From Lama guanicoe (Eukaryota), in assembly GCA_013239625.1 (NCBI GenBank), contig MU054400.1, positions 1,895,345 through 1,959,344 on the forward strand: a stretch of 64,000 bases of DNA, given 5' to 3'. This document shows, piece after piece, positions 37,902 through 52,354 of the stretch (positions are counted from its first letter, which is position 1; every line of letters starts with the position of its first letter). The notes under the pieces were generated by a model. That model saw nothing but the letters and a program-made list of their open reading frames with translations. It did not search any database and had not been told where the DNA came from. Position numbers and translations under genes: made by a program.

Positions 37902-40900
37902 AAAATCAAAGCAGTTATAAAAAGAAGCAATATAGAGAAACCCTGTATCTTCTGACCTATCAGTCTAGAGACACAGATAGTCTGATAATCTCTCCCCAAA
38001 AGAACACAAAGTCAAACCCACTGCTGTGGATACTAAACAAACGTATGTCAATGCCCTCGCTTTCAAGAGTCCTGGAGGACGAGCTGCGATCCTGTCCCCG
38101 GGCCTCAGACAGAGGAATGAACACTGATGACTAGCTCTGTCTGGCCTTCACTAATAAATCCTCACCGAGTGACACCAGACGGATGATCCTAAATCAGAAT
38201 TCTGCACGTAGGGGCCGGGAAAGATCGCCCGCAGACAACAGACCTGAGTTATGCTGTTTGCTCCCTGGTGTGCAGAATTACACGTGCTTACAGTTTGTAT
38301 TTCTGATGTTAAAATGCCCTTCAGTAAGCTGACGTGGAAAATCAGCTGGTTTGCCATCAACACTAACATCCATCTCATTAGACCACAGGGTAACTCATAA
38401 ATAATTTAACAGGCATAGGACTCATTTTCCAGTTCCTTTCTGATCTTTAGGAGATGGGAGATCTGTAAACAGTGCATCATTCTCTACTGCGGCACAGCAC
38501 TTAATTACATTAAGCAATTTCATTAAAACCGAGAAAAATAATTTAGAAGTAGTTAAGTGCTTCAGATCATTAAATTCCGAACAAGACATATGTCGTGTCT
38601 CAAATCTAAAGCTGGCTCTCCTGTCAATCCCTTTGGGATGTAGTGTAACCTACACTGATCCCCCATTCCAGGGACAGATGGGAAGTACTGTCTTGAATCA
38701 TTTAAGAATTTGATTTTGGGAGCTAACGATCTAATCTGTTCTTAGAAACAATAATTAGTACATATATGGAAACTAAAAAAATGTGCAGTATACTGTTTAT
38801 GTGTATTTACATGCAATATAATGTGTATGTGAAGAAGAAAGGTAATAATTCTACATAATAAAACTGAAAAAAACAAAAAAAGAAAAAAAAGAAGGGAAAA
38901 AAAAAGTTTGCTTTTGGGATTCCCACCACCCAGATGTGACTCACGTCAACAGGGAAGAGCAAAGAAAGGACAAGTTAGTGTGGAGCAGTGTAAGGAGTGT
39001 TAACCAGGTGTTAGAAGACCTGAAGTCCAGCTCCCACTTGCACATTAGGCACTAATGTTCCATGTGCCACGCACACGCACACACACACACAGATTACTTA
39101 TCTATAAAAACTAGGTGAATTTAACCAAGAGAATACAAGTTCTCTTACAGGTGAATGAACACCTCAAACACCTTCAAAAAAATATTGAGGAAAAAAATCT
39201 CTTTTACCAGATTCTAATATATCAATGTATATGCTGTATAATGTGTGTAAGATATAAAATTATACATAATGTGATGTACAATATAATGTATATGTTAATA
39301 TACAAATGCCTAATCCTACAACAAAGGAGTGCTCATGCCATGTCCCTGTACAAGCACAGATCTCTGTCGATCAACAGTGAATAATATCGTACATTCACTA
39401 AATTCCACCCAGAGGCACAATTTCGAAAGTTGAAACCAATGGAGCTGGAAAAACATACTCTGCCTACTCACGGTCAAAACTGACCACCACTCAGCATCTC
39501 TTCTAGGTTGTACACATTACAACAGCCTAAGGACTTGGCCATCAGGGCCTCCCTAGTCCCTTGGAAGCTACATTTGGTGGCCAGTGTGCAGCAGAGGAGA
39601 GAGACATATCTTCCCAAGTATGGCAGTTCAAGGGCGTTTGCCATTCCAGTGCCAAACCCTTCCCCAGCTCATCTTCTCAGCTTATGTATTCTTCCAGGGG
39701 AACCCACCTGGTTCCAATGGCTCATGAATCTATTTCTGTGTCATTAAAACCTATGACATATTGAGGCTTATTCTGTGCATTTGTTTAAAGGAACATTACT
39801 TAACATTTCAACACACACACACACATACACACCACTAAGTTCTTTGATAGAAGTCCCTGAATATTCAGCACCACGCCTGAATTTGAAGTGAACTCTTGCA
39901 TTAACGGTGACATCTTGAATCAACATGATGCCATAGACTGATTATGAATGTTCTCCCAGGAGCCACTGGAAACATGTTTTGTCTAAGCATTTGGTTAGCA
40001 GGGATCCTTTCAACACTGCTTGCACAGCAAACATCATTATTTCCCGTCTAACCCCTGCCATTCGTCTCATTTGACATGCTGTTGTTTTCAGCAGTGCGAG
40101 GAAGAGAATATTAATGGTGTCACCCAAGTTCTTATCACCAGGAAGTAAAATTTATGGCAGTGGGGAAAATGCCATTAGCAATGGATTATGAAAGGTCACT
40201 AAAGAGCCACCTTCCAAAATGAATCAAGCAGACTTTATTAAAAGCGCTTCTAATTTTTCTCTTGTTGCTAAAAACCAAGACCTCACCACTCCCCGCCCCT
40301 AAAAGCCCATCTCAACGGAATAAGAGAGAGTTAAAGCCTATCTGTATATTTCTCTCTACTTGTACAAAATTGGATTTTAATATGAACTACCCGTTCCTCA
40401 TCTCAGAAATCTGCTGCAAGGCTTCTGCAGACAAAGGTGGGCTGCAATAACAGACCTCCAGCAGTGCCCTGGACTGGTGAACTTCCAGCACCACTGCAGA
40501 GGTACGGCTCTCCACAAACGAACTGAATGCAGCAAATGTTCACTGAGCCCTCCCCACGTGACAGCCCTGGTCTACAGTCGAGGCAATGCAGATGCCCTGG
40601 GAGAGCCCTTGGTGAGCTGAGGAGGGGAGAGAGAGCTTTAACCACAGATGACTCTGGAAGGGACAACGATGCAAATATGAATGAGCACAGAGGAGGGAGT
40701 GATTAAGGGCATCGGGAGATATGAAGAGACTTCACAGGGATGACTACTCAGCAGAGGGGCCTTGGGACACGAACAGGGTTTCAGTCTGGGAGGAAAAGGG
40801 TAAACTCAAGGGTCCAGCACCTCCCCCCACCAATGGTAAAAGTTTCACCAAAATGTCTTCACCAGAAGCTTACCATGGGTTAACCACCCATCACAGCAGT

Positions 40901-41937
40901 GTAAGGCTAGGTCAAAATAAATTTTGATTCAAGTTCCCATCAAGAACAGCAGAGGCTGAATTTTCACTAATATTTAGTTATAGCCAGAATGGAAGCAGAG
41001 CCCATGCTATTAACTCTTACAATTTTTCCTATTACCATCCCTAGTCTCACATCTGGCTACATCAAAGTACACACTGCTTCCACCTCGTTTTGAAAGCAGC
41101 ACACTTAACCACTGAGGCTTTTTGCTAGAATTCTATTACAGTTACATAATTTACATAGAGGGAAATAACAGGCATCGAGGATCCACAAACATCTCAGTGA
41201 TACGCTCCCCTTCAACTCAGCCATGCAGGGAACACACCAATGCACAAAAAGGAAGGGCAGAAATGAAAGTCTTTTGTTTGGAGCCCCTGTGAAACACCTC
41301 ACTCTGCATTTAGCCCAGAGCTAACATAACTTCAGACAGCTCCCCTGACCAAGACATCTTTGGATGCAAACTCAGTAATGGATGCCACTGTGACCCACAA
41401 GGAAACTGATCAACAGTGAAAAGAAATACTCCACTGCTTCCAACTACGGATTAGGACACAAAGGATTAATTACAAAAGAAGAGAAATGGCCAATGAAGCC
41501 ATACGTAGAAGGTCTATAATTTAGAAAAGGGGGCCCCTGTTTGAAAAAACTCGGTCACAATACTTCCACTTTTCTGCTGTTAGAATTATTCTCCCCACTT
41601 CATTTCACACACAGAACTCACTTTCTCCACGAAGGCCTCTATGGCTGATCACACAGGGCCGCCCACTCGATGGTGAGGTTGTTCAGGGCAGGGACCTTGT
41701 CTTTCCCACTCACCAAACCTCATACTGGACCATCAGCATCACCCCCATTAAACGTCTGACTAAACAACAGGAACAAGAAATGACTTTAGACATTGTCTGT
41801 ACTGCATAATGAAGAAAACACTACACAGAAAATGGGGGAAGAAATTAAGACGGCTACAAGAGAGTGAACAGACTGAAACCATCAGAAATCTCCCATCTCC
41901 TTCTTAGCTGAAGTTCAGCCCCATAGACGTGTAGAGG

Positions 41938-41965
41938 GGTGTGTGTGTGTGTGTGCGTGTGTGTG
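41938..41965. repeat. (GT)n microsatellite
   Basis: Directly visible, with one GC interruption. Confidence 0.95.
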
Positions 41966-43175
41966 TTTCATAATGACAGGAGGAAAGGGGGATATTCCGC
42001 TCAGGCCTCTGGCCGTCTCAACAACCCTCTCTCCAGTGGCCCAGCTGTGACCCACAACAGAAGCCCACCGGATCCCATGTTAGGTGTGCAGAGGCGGAAA
42101 GAAAGGAAAGTGTTCCAACTGCTGTACTCTGGGGACTTGGCACCATAATTTAGGGCCACGTGAGAGATGGGCATTTAGAATAAGAAACTAATATAAGCTC
42201 ATCGTAAAACTCAGCGAAACCGCCTGTACTGTCTGGCGCCCACAGCCACCAAAGATGCCATTTCCCTTTGTCTCAGACATTAATTTCACACAGCTCCACT
42301 GACTTCACCACCTTGAAATGCAAATTTAGTCATTCAACATGGAATTTTTTTGAACTAGTCTTATATACAACCATATGTTAACTTACCACTTTTTAAATTA
42401 TTATTTTCCATTCAACCTCGAATAGCTGCAGAAAATGAAAAACTAAATAACACCATTAAAAATAATAGTATGTTAAAATTATAATACTATTAAAAATTTT
42501 ACAATTAATACTCCTGGGGAGAGAATTTGCTAATCAAAATCTCAATAAACGGAACAACCAAGTCCAACCCACCCAAGAGAAACAAGGGGGCTCATGACTT
42601 ACACTCAGCCTCCCCTGGTCAGGCACCTCCACAGGCCAGGTCTCTGAGATGTCAACGACAGGAGGAGGGCAGCCAAACTCTGTCCCAGTTCCAGCAAATA
42701 TGATGTGTGTTTCCTGCCTTTCTTCTCTTCAATCCCCCCCGACTCTAAAATGCACTAATGCCCCACCTCATTTTATTTTCTATCCCCTGGCTTTTTATCT
42801 GCTAAGTGTGCCTTTCCTCGCAGTCATTAGAGGAATTTCCCTGCAGTCTCCTCATCCCAGAAACAGAAACAACCGCACATCTGTCAAAGACACTAGGCCA
42901 TTAGCAGCAGAGTCCATCCAAAGGCAGCCGCTCCTGGGAAAGGTTACAGTGGAAAAACAAACAGGCATTTTTCGAACTTCTTTTTGCAGCTCTGCACTCT
43001 ATAATGGAATTAGCTTTTCATCGACTTGGCACAAAAGAGATTTGGAGAATGTAGGAGACTTGGATGCTAGAAAACCAAAATCCTTAAAAAAAAAAAGCCT
43101 TTAAATGAGCTTTCTATAATTTGCAGACTGATAGACTGATTAACCAGTTTGTGAAAGATTGTTTGTTAACACAAC

Positions 43176-43233
43176 TCCCCCCTCTCTCTTTCTCTCTCTC
43201 TCTCATACACACATACACACACACACACACACA
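43176..43233. repeat. Compound (CT)n(CA)n microsatellite
   Basis: Directly visible. Confidence 0.95.
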
Positions 43234-45589
43234 GGGTTGCTGTTTTTGCCAGGAGCAGTCATTTAGAAAGCAAGCATAACAAAGTGAAAACAAAATGCAT
43301 GGAACGCAAATCATTTCAGCAGATCCCCAAGTCTGTCCCAAGCCCATCATTTCATGAGATGCTTCATTTTTCAAAATTCCATGTCAAAAATGACTTTGAT
43401 AATCACCACATATATATTTTACTCTTGGAGAATCATAAGAAGCATTAGCATATTGGAGGTTCTGTGACATTCTGCCATTTTAAAAGGAGTTGATTTAAGC
43501 CTTCATCTCCCATGAAACCCCTTTTTTAATGGAATACTTGGATTATTTTCAGAAGTCCTACTGCACCCAATTTGCATCCTCTTAGCTACCTCGACTACAT
43601 CTGAGTACACGAACTTGAGATAAAAGGAAACTTAGTGATTCGTTCACTGCTCCACCAGGGTAAGAGGGAAGGGTTTTGATAACAAACAGAGTGCTAATCA
43701 AGAAAAGATCATAAATGTGATTGGAGACAATAAAGATGATGTTTGCTGGATTTCCTGACTTCCTGGACTCTTAACGGACTCTGTCAGGGCCCTGGGGGGA
43801 TGCGCACTGAGGAGCCTCCTCCAGTGACCACCCCATCCATGTCGGAGAGAGATGTCACACACTGGAGGGCACCCAGCAGCACTCCCAGTCTGTGATGAGT
43901 CGGCAGGGGTCACTGATGGGAAGATTCTGCCGCATTGGCAACTCCAAAAGCTTTAGTCGACCCTTGTCCTCCCACACAATGGAAAAAGGGAAGGTCAGCC
44001 AAGAAAACCACCTTGAAGGCCTCCTGACCCCCCCCCCGCCCCCGGTAGGAAAGCGATCGGGTTACACTCTCGGGAAGTGGTATTTTGAGCTCTCGTCTAC
44101 TCAACTGGATATAGCTGCCTGGAAAAGTTACCCTTCTCAAAGCAAATTAACGTGTGCCCGTGCCACCAAATTCAGGATGGCAGGTGACGCTAGAGAGGGG
44201 AGACAAGGGACAAGGACAGCTGTCCACGGGGTGGGCCTCCTGTTATTTGTTAACGCTTTTTAAACATACTTGTTAGCATGCTGCTTCTCAACTAGACCGT
44301 GGTTCGTGGTGTCTTTTATTATCTACTCTTGTATGTTTTTGTAAAATACATAATTTAATTTTTAATTTAAAAGTACGTGCATGACACCCTGGGCCCAAGG
44401 GGAAAAAGGTCTCAGATGCACTAAGTGTAAGTCAAGACTTCTTCTGTCATTGTCCTAGGTCACTGCAGTACAGTCCAGTCCTCAGACAATAAATGTCCAA
44501 AGTGGAAGATGATTTGACTGAAACATCTTTCCACTGGAACTAAAATGGATAAACTACAAGAGCTGAACAAAAAGATGACAACCACACCGTGAGTCCTGGT
44601 TACTTCAGAAGCAGAGGAGATGATAATACAGCACATGCAAACCATCCACTGAAAAATCTCATCTCACTGGGCTGTAAACACATGGCATAGGGGTTGGTTT
44701 GTTTATTTCCCAAGATCTCGCCCCAAATGTGCATCAAACTCCACTTGCCTACTGAGTTCCTTAAAAACATCTAAATTCCATAACTTTCTGGTCAAAGATG
44801 TTAGAACAGGTTCATATGGGTATTTAAGACTCAGTCTGAGTCAATTAAAGAGTTCAACCTCACGCTCAAGGCAAAGCCAGGGACTCCGGCAGCACAGTGT
44901 AGCAGGGGTCCTTCCGCAGCTGCCTTCCTTCCCTCCTGCTCCTCCAGGAGCAAAATATTTTAAAATAATGGATATTCAGAAAATCACATCAAGTTTTTCC
45001 ACATTTTTCTTCTAACAATATTAGAATGTGAATGTGCATGATCTCCTTGGATTTCATGCCAGTTTAAAATAAAAAGGTAACATCAAAAGACGTGGCTCAG
45101 GAAAATCCGGGATGTTTCTTCCCTGGCCCTTTGCCCTGCTCTTCCCTGGAAATTCACGGCTGGAAGCAGATCTTTCTCAGACCTTCACACGTTTTGCTTT
45201 CTTTTTCAAAAGTTATTTTCTTTATAATAGCAAAACATCTCTTCTGGAATTTGTCAAACAGTTTACATCTTCAAAACTGTGATATATTTATACTTGCCCT
45301 TTGTCTATGCATATATGTGATTCCTATGAGTGTGTATGTATATGATTTTTTATAAAAGTACATAATCCTAAACGCAGCTGAGTATTGTACTTTAATAGAG
45401 CACTGATATTTCCAATATCATTAATTATTCTTTGAAAAAAATACTTTACCAGTTATATAATATTCCATTACATGGACATGTCATCATTTATTTAACCATT
45501 CTCCTATTGTTTCCTATTGTCTACTTGAATAAATTATGCTGCAAAACATCTCTCTACATGCATCTTTGTCCTTATCTGTCTTTATCTGA

Positions 45590-45960
45590 CTCTGGTGTAA
45601 AGAGGAGGAGAGATGAGGAGGATTCAGCTGGGGGAACTGAGAAGCAGAGGCCAAGAGGCACAAGCAAATCAAGGTGGAGGGAAGAGGTCCTGGGAGCCAA
45701 GCAAGAACAAGTTTCCAAGAAGAGAGCGCAGCCATCTGTGTCCACATTGGCCCCCAGGTCAAGTAAGACACAATCCGAGAACTGGCCACTGCATTGAATA
45801 AAGTGGGAGCCACTGGTGCCTTTGATAAGAGGAGGAAAGCTTGACTGGAGGGGTTAACAAAGCACGGGAGAAGAGAAATTTCCTTCCAAGGAATTTTACT
45901 GTAACGGGTGGTCACTGAGGGGGAAGTGGGGTCAAGAGAGGGTGTTAGACTGATGGAAAA
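45590..45960 (-). mobile_element. L2 fragment
   Basis: Purine-rich GAGGAGGATTCAGC...GGTCAAGTAAGACACAATCCGAGAACTGGCCACTG...GGGGTCAAGAGAGGG resembles reverse L2. Confidence 0.6.
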
Positions 45961-46974
45961 TACAAGGAAATAGAAAAGGTGAAGCTATCAGTTGGGTTGG
46001 AATTATTAGATATTATTTCAAATTGCCAAAAAGATCAACAGCGCACACATTTAAGTTTACCTTACAGAACCTTCTACAGAACATGGACAGTGATCCATGT
46101 CTGAACACACACGTACAGGTACTTAGTGATACGTATGGTGAGCATCTTTTCTGAAACAAAAATCACGGTGAATGGACTTGGCATTTACTTTTTTAAAAAG
46201 GCTATTTGAAAATAGCATTTGTGCGTGTGTGTGGACACCGTAAATAAACATAAAGATGGACACAGCCAGGTAAAGGCAGGGCCAAACAACTGATTACATT
46301 CACAAATGGCAGTTGTGATGATCATTTATTATGCATTCTGAGTATTTATTAGTGTAACCAAAAATATTCTGCTTTGATAAAAGGCAACTGATGGCTAGGA
46401 ATGATATGTAAATGCTTGAATTTCGACAAGCGTGTTTGTATATCTCAAGCTTACAGGGCATAATTCAGCTAACAAATTTATAAACTGGTAATTTAAAAGC
46501 AGAGAACTTCTTACACTAGAACAATGAATTAATTTTTAGCATGTTTCCCAAATACGGTGCAGGCTCCACAGTGAGTACTTAGAATAATTGTAAGCAGCAC
46601 ATAAAAAATTTTAATGGTAAGATCATGATTTCACAGCATAAAATGTCCGACTTAAATAAGTTGGTATATGTAATGGAAAGAAAAATATTGAACATCATAA
46701 CTGTACAAGTCATGAGACCACGCAAAAATTGTGAAGATGGCAGAGCAATGACTGAATTCTGGGAAGCTGATGAAATACGACGCAAATTTTCAGCTGTACT
46801 TTGTCAAGGACACTGGCTAGTGTTCTGTCATTAGCTGTAACCTTACTCTCGTAACAAGAATCCAACTCACAACCTGACAAGAATCCAACCTCCCAATCCT
46901 AAACCAGCTTGGTTACCTTAAAATACGATAAAGCAGAGTTCCCAAGAATCGTCAAGAAATAATTTTGCTAATTG

Positions 46975-47750
46975 CTAATTATCAGACAAAGGCAAGTCAA
47001 AACCACAATGAGGTATCACCTCATACCAGTCAGAATGGCCATCATCAAAAAGTCTGCAAACGATAAATGCTGGAGAGGCTGTGGAGAAAAGGGAACCTTC
47101 ATGCACTGTTGGTGATAATGTAAACCAGTGCAGCCACTATGGAGGACAGTATGGAGGTTCCTCAAAAAACTAAAGATAGAGTTACCATATGATCCAGCAA
47201 TCCCACTCGGGTACATATCTGGAAAAAAAGAAAACTCTAATTCGAACCCTAATTAAGAAGATGTATATATATATATATATATAGTGGTATATTTCTCAGA
47301 CATAAAAAAGGAATGAAACATTGCCACCTGCAGCAACACAGATGGATCTAGAGAATATTATGCTTAGTGAAATAAGTTGGACAGAGAAAGACAAATGCTA
47401 TATGTTATCACTCATATGTGGAATCTAAAGAATAATAGAAATGAATGTATTTACAAAACCAAAACAGACTCACAGATACAAAAACCCACAAAAGCTTATG
47501 ATCACCAAAGGGGAGAGGAAGGGGGAGGGACAAGTTAGGACTATGGGATTAACAGGTACAAATGACTATGCATAAAACAAGTAAACAACAAGAATTTATG
47601 TATAGCATAGGGAATTACATCCAATATCTTATAATAACCTACAATGGAATATAATCGGCAAAATAATGGAACTGCTATGCTGTCTGCTTGAAAGTAACAC
47701 AATATTGTAAATCAATTATACTTCCATAAATAAATAAATTAAAATTGTAA
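46975..47750 (+). mobile_element. Artiodactyl-type L1 3' end with an internal deletion near 47250
   Basis: AAAACCACAATGAGGTATCACCTCATACCAGTCAGAATGGCCATCATCAAAAAGTCT, and a (TAAA)n tail. Confidence 0.9.
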
Positions 47751-48479
47751 AAAGAAGTACTCATTAAAATACACATTCTTAGAGCCCATTTATGATCCAT
47801 TGAAAACAGGGAATCTGCATTTTTGGCAAATGCCCTACAAATTTCTATGATTGGTTAAATTTGGGATATAATGACAGAAAGCACATTGATATAAGTTTCA
47901 TTGGATGGCAGAAAAAATGATAGTTGAAGAAAGAGCAAATTAAGGAAAAATGAAGTGATTTCTCCATGCTTGCCACTCTAATGTCAGCTATTACAAATGA
48001 AGAATGTGTTTCACCAGGATCTGTAGTACCCTGGGTTTTGCAAAACTAAAAGTAAACAAAACAAATCACAGTGTGCTTCTAAAATGTCACAGTAATGCCC
48101 AAGTTCAGTCCAAGCTTGAGGAAATTATGTATTCTCTCCATTTGTATTTTAGTCTGCATCCCAAAAGACGTGAACTAAAACTGTTCAACTGGGTAATGAA
48201 ATCATTATCAGAATTTTTTTAAATTTATGAACACTTGTGCCCAAAAGATCTCAAGGCAAATTAGCATTATAACAGCGAATGTTAAAAATGAAACAGAAGT
48301 CAAATTTACTGAGGAAAAGAGTATCCAAGTAAATTTCAGATTGAGACTGAAGCCTAGAGATAAAATATTTTGCATAACCTCCCAAGTTATATCTATGTGA
48401 CTTAATGGAAATAGATGAAAATTCCAAAATCATTCTAAAGGGTTGGAATTGTTTAAATGCAAAGGATTTGTTATGGAGA

Positions 48480-48870
48480 TGGCATTTATTACTTACCATA
48501 TATCCAAGGGCTCCTCCACATCCCCCAGCCCCCTTGCATGGTCTAGGCCAAGGTCAACACTGCCCACTGGAGTGTGAGCAAAAGAAACCATGTCCTTTCT
48601 GGCTCTAAGCATTTAAGAGCTGGTGTGCAACCCTTCACACTCTCTGTTTCTCTCCTGTGTGGATCTTGGTGGTTTCAATGATGAAGGAGCAAGGATGGTA
48701 ACAGCCAGGATTGCAGAGTGACTGCATGGAGGACAAATGCCCTAAACAGTAACCCAATCACAGTAGATTTTGAAGGAGCAAGAACTGACCTTCATGGTAT
48801 TAAGACCCTGAGATTTCAGAGTGAATTTGATGTTGACACAGCACAACCTAGCCAATCCTGACTAATACAC
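48480..48870 (+). mobile_element. Old MaLR LTR (MLT1-like)
   Basis: End motif TAAGACCCTGAGATTT...CACAGCACAACCTAGCCAATCCTGACTAATACA. Confidence 0.65.
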
Positions 48871-49309
48871 TGAGCAGTCACCTGACTTCTCTAGTTTCCA
48901 AAGCAGAATTCTCTAGAGCAGAGGAAATTCATTCAATGGTTCTGCTCAGGTCACATCTACCACAACAGCTAGACAACTTGACAGTGTGCTCTCCATGGTT
49001 CTCATCATATGTGAGAAACTCAAGCTCAGAACTGTTCGGTTCTTTGTCCTGGCCCACAGAGCACGCCAACGGAAAGACCGAAATTTCATCTTCCTCAAAC
49101 TTCCTGTATATTACTTACAAACTTCTTGAAACCCATCTGGGGCGAGACTTGACACAGAAAATCAAATCAAGAAACATTTTTAAGTAAATATCTCAAATTC
49201 TACAGTTGAAGTTAACAGGCCAAAAGTTTTTCAGATTTAGTTTAGATCCACCTCCCATAAAATCTCTACGAATTTGCCAAAGGAAAGAGCTAGCACACTT
49301 AAGAAGCAG

Positions 49310-49505
49310 TCTCTGTGCTCCCGACATCTCTCAGCCACAGCCACATGGGGCCACTTCAATTTATACTCAAATTAATTAAAAACGAAAAATGTAGTTCCTC
49401 AGTCACACTTGCTGCATTTCAAAGGCTCAAGATGCATGTGGCTAGTGGCTCCCAAACTGGACAGTGCAGAACAGTTCCATCATCAGGGAAGTTTTATTGG
49501 AAGAA
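49310..49505. mobile_element. MER3-like hAT MITE
   Basis: AGCCACATGGGGCCACTT...AGTTCCTCAGTCACACTTGCTGCATTTCAA...CATGTGGCTAGTGGCT. Confidence 0.75.
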
Positions 49506-50349
49506 TACCTGGCCAAAAAATAAATAAATAGATAGATAAATAAGTTGTATATATAACACAAATGTATATATATGAGCAAAAACAGCTCCAATACAAGACT
49601 CCCAGTCCCCTCTCCCAACTAATAATCATGATTATTAACGGACTAAAACTGAGAAAAGCAAAACTTGGGAGAACTACCTGTGAGATAAAGAAAGGCTTTA
49701 CTATAAAATCAGCCATATCATCCTTGAACAGAGTTTTGAGTTGGGGCATGATGTGCGAAGAGTGTACGTTACCTCTAACGCAGCAATATCCTAACCGTTT
49801 TCTCTGGGTCTTTCGTTTTTATCATCAAGATGCAAAAATCCTGAACCAGGCAGAGTTGGTGGAGCTGATGATTACTGACACTGACTTCCATCAGGGCACT
49901 AAAGCAAACTGAACCTAGAAATACGATGAGACTGTCTATGTAAACAAAAACTCTGCGTGAAGTACTGCCCAAAATGACACCAGAAGATATGTTCCAGCAA
50001 GATGTTTTTTCCCTGCAGGCAAATCAGCTGCAAACTCACTGCTCTGACAATAAGATGAAAACCCCTACAGGACCAGTTCTACAAAACCGAGGAACTGTGA
50101 TGGCTATGCTGCAGGAAAAAGCTCAGAATGAACAGAGGAGTGGATGAGGGGGCCTCAGAGAACTCTCACCATTTCTGACATATGACTGAAATTAGCTAGT
50201 GAAAATGATGATGAAGAAAATTATTTTTGAAACATGCAGGACTTAGAATGCACTAGTATGTCACCGCTTTTCATAGTGGTCTATCTGGGAAGTGCATTTG
50301 TGAAGTACACATGCCTAGGTTACTTTGTTTAAAAAAAAAATTATCCTAA

Positions 50350-51272
50350 ATGCAGATGGCTAACAGGCACACGAAAAGATGCTCAACATTGCTAATCACC
50401 AGGGAAATGCAAATCAAAACCACAATGAGATATCACCTCAATGACTGTTGGTACGGCTATCATCAAAAAGAACACAAACAACAGATGTTGGTGAGGATGT
50501 GAAGAAAAGGGAACTTTCCTGCACTGTTGCTGGGAATGTAAATTGGTGCAGCCTCTATGGAAAACAGTATAGACGTTTCTCAAAAAACTAAAACTAGAAC
50601 TACCATATGACCCCATAATTCCACTCCTGGATATAGATAGATATAGACAGATATAGATATATATCCCCCACAAAACAAAAAACACTAATTCAAAAAGATA
50701 CATGAACCCTGATGTTCCTAGCAGCATTATTTATAACAGTCAAGATATGGAACCAACCTAAGTGTCCTTCAACAGATGACTGGATAAAGAGGATGTGGTA
50801 TATACATACACCAATATGGAATACTACTCAGTATGGAATGGAATACTACTCAGTCGTTAAAAAGAGAATGAAATTTTGCCATTTGCAACAACATGGGTGG
50901 ACTTGGAGGGTATTATGCTAAGTGAAATAAGTCAGAGAAAGACAAATACTGTATGATTTCACTTACATGTGAACTATAAAAAATACAACAAAGTAGTGAA
51001 TATAACAAAAAAGAAGCAGACTCACAGATGTAGAGAAGAAACTAGTGAGGCAATGAAAGGCAGAAGGGGAAATATAGGGGTAGAGAATTAGAGGTACAAA
51101 TTACTGTGTATAGAATAAGCTACAAGGATATACTGTACAACACAGGAAATATAGCCAATATTTTATGATAACTATAAGTGGACTATAAGCTTTAAAAATT
51201 GTGAATCACTATGCTGTACACCTGTAACTTATATAATACTATACATCAACTGGACTTCAATTTAAATAAATA
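50350..51272 (+). mobile_element. L1 3' end (ORF2 C-terminal relic plus 3'UTR)
   Basis: ATGCAGATGGCTAACAGGCACACGAAAAGATGCTCAACA...ACTTCAATTTAAATAAATAAA. Confidence 0.9.
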
Positions 51273-51279
51273 AATATCC

Positions 51280-52142
51280 TGCAGTGAGATAACACTACAC
51301 ACCTGTTAGCTAAAATCTAAAATGCTGACAACACCAAATGCTGGTGAAGAGATGGAACAACAGGAACTCTCATTTATCGTTGGCGGCAATGTAAAACGTT
51401 AGGCACTTTGGAAGGCAGTTTGGCAGAATCTACAAACCTAAACATAGTCTCACAATATGATCTAACAATTGTGCTCCTTAGTAGTTACTCAAATGAGTTT
51501 ACAACTTATATTCACATAAAAACCTGCACATGAATGTTTATAGAAGCTTTATTCATAATGCTAAAACCTGGGAGTAACCAAGGTATCCTTCAATAGATAA
51601 ACAAATTGGAGCACATCCAGACAATGGATAATTATTATTCCTCAAAAAGCTATCAAGCCATAAGAAGTCATGGAGGAACCTTAAATGCATATTGCTAAGT
51701 GAAAGAAGTCATTCTAAAAAGGCTACAAATGTCTTATTTCAACTATTCAACAATCTGGAAAAAGCAAAACTACAGAAACAACAGGAAAAAGATCAGCGGT
51801 TGCCAAGGTTTGGAGGAAGGAAGGGAGGATTGAATAGGTAGAAATCAGAGGATTTTTAGGGCAGAGAAACTATTTTATATGATACCATAATGGTGGATAT
51901 ATGACATTATGCATTTGTCAAAATTCAACAAACTACGCAACACAAAGAGTGATCCTAATGTTAACGGTGGACTTTAATTAATAATAATGTGTCAATATCG
52001 GTTCATCAGTTGTAACAGATACACTACACTAATGCAAAATGTTAGTAAGAGGGGACGGTGGTGGGTGGAGGAGACGGGGTAGATGGGGGCTCTGTATGTT
52101 CTGTGCAATTTTTCTGTATATGTAAAACTGCTCTAAAAAATA
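51280..52142 (+). mobile_element. L1MC-like 3' end
   Basis: ATGGAGGAACCTTAAATGCATATTGCTAAGTGAAAGAAG, GAGGATTTTTAGGGCAG and TAAAACTGCTCTAAAAAATAA. Confidence 0.85.
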
Positions 52143-52239
52143 ATGTTCATTAATTTGTTTAAATCCCCCTGAATGTCCATTCCCCACTCTAGCATATTCC
52201 AGGGCCATCAGCATGTGTACAGTGCATGCATGTGGGCGT

Positions 52240-52241
52240 GC

Positions 52242-52276
<35 letters not shown>

Positions 52277-52282
52277 CACACA
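52240..52282. repeat. (CA)n microsatellite
   Basis: Directly visible, with one AA interruption. Confidence 0.95.
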
Positions 52283-52354
52283 ATATCAATACTGGGGTGT
52301 GACCACACTTTGAGAATTATTGGTCTATAGCCTCATTAAAGGTAAGGCTCCTCT

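Noticed and set aside
46854..46900. Two-copy ACAAGAATCCAAC repeat
   Set aside because: It is a simple short tandem duplication, not a CRISPR-like or structured array.
49773..49914. Minus-strand 142-nt exon-like segment (TTTCTAG ... GAG|GTAACG)
   Set aside because: The splice sites are mediocre, all frames are closed and there is no other support.
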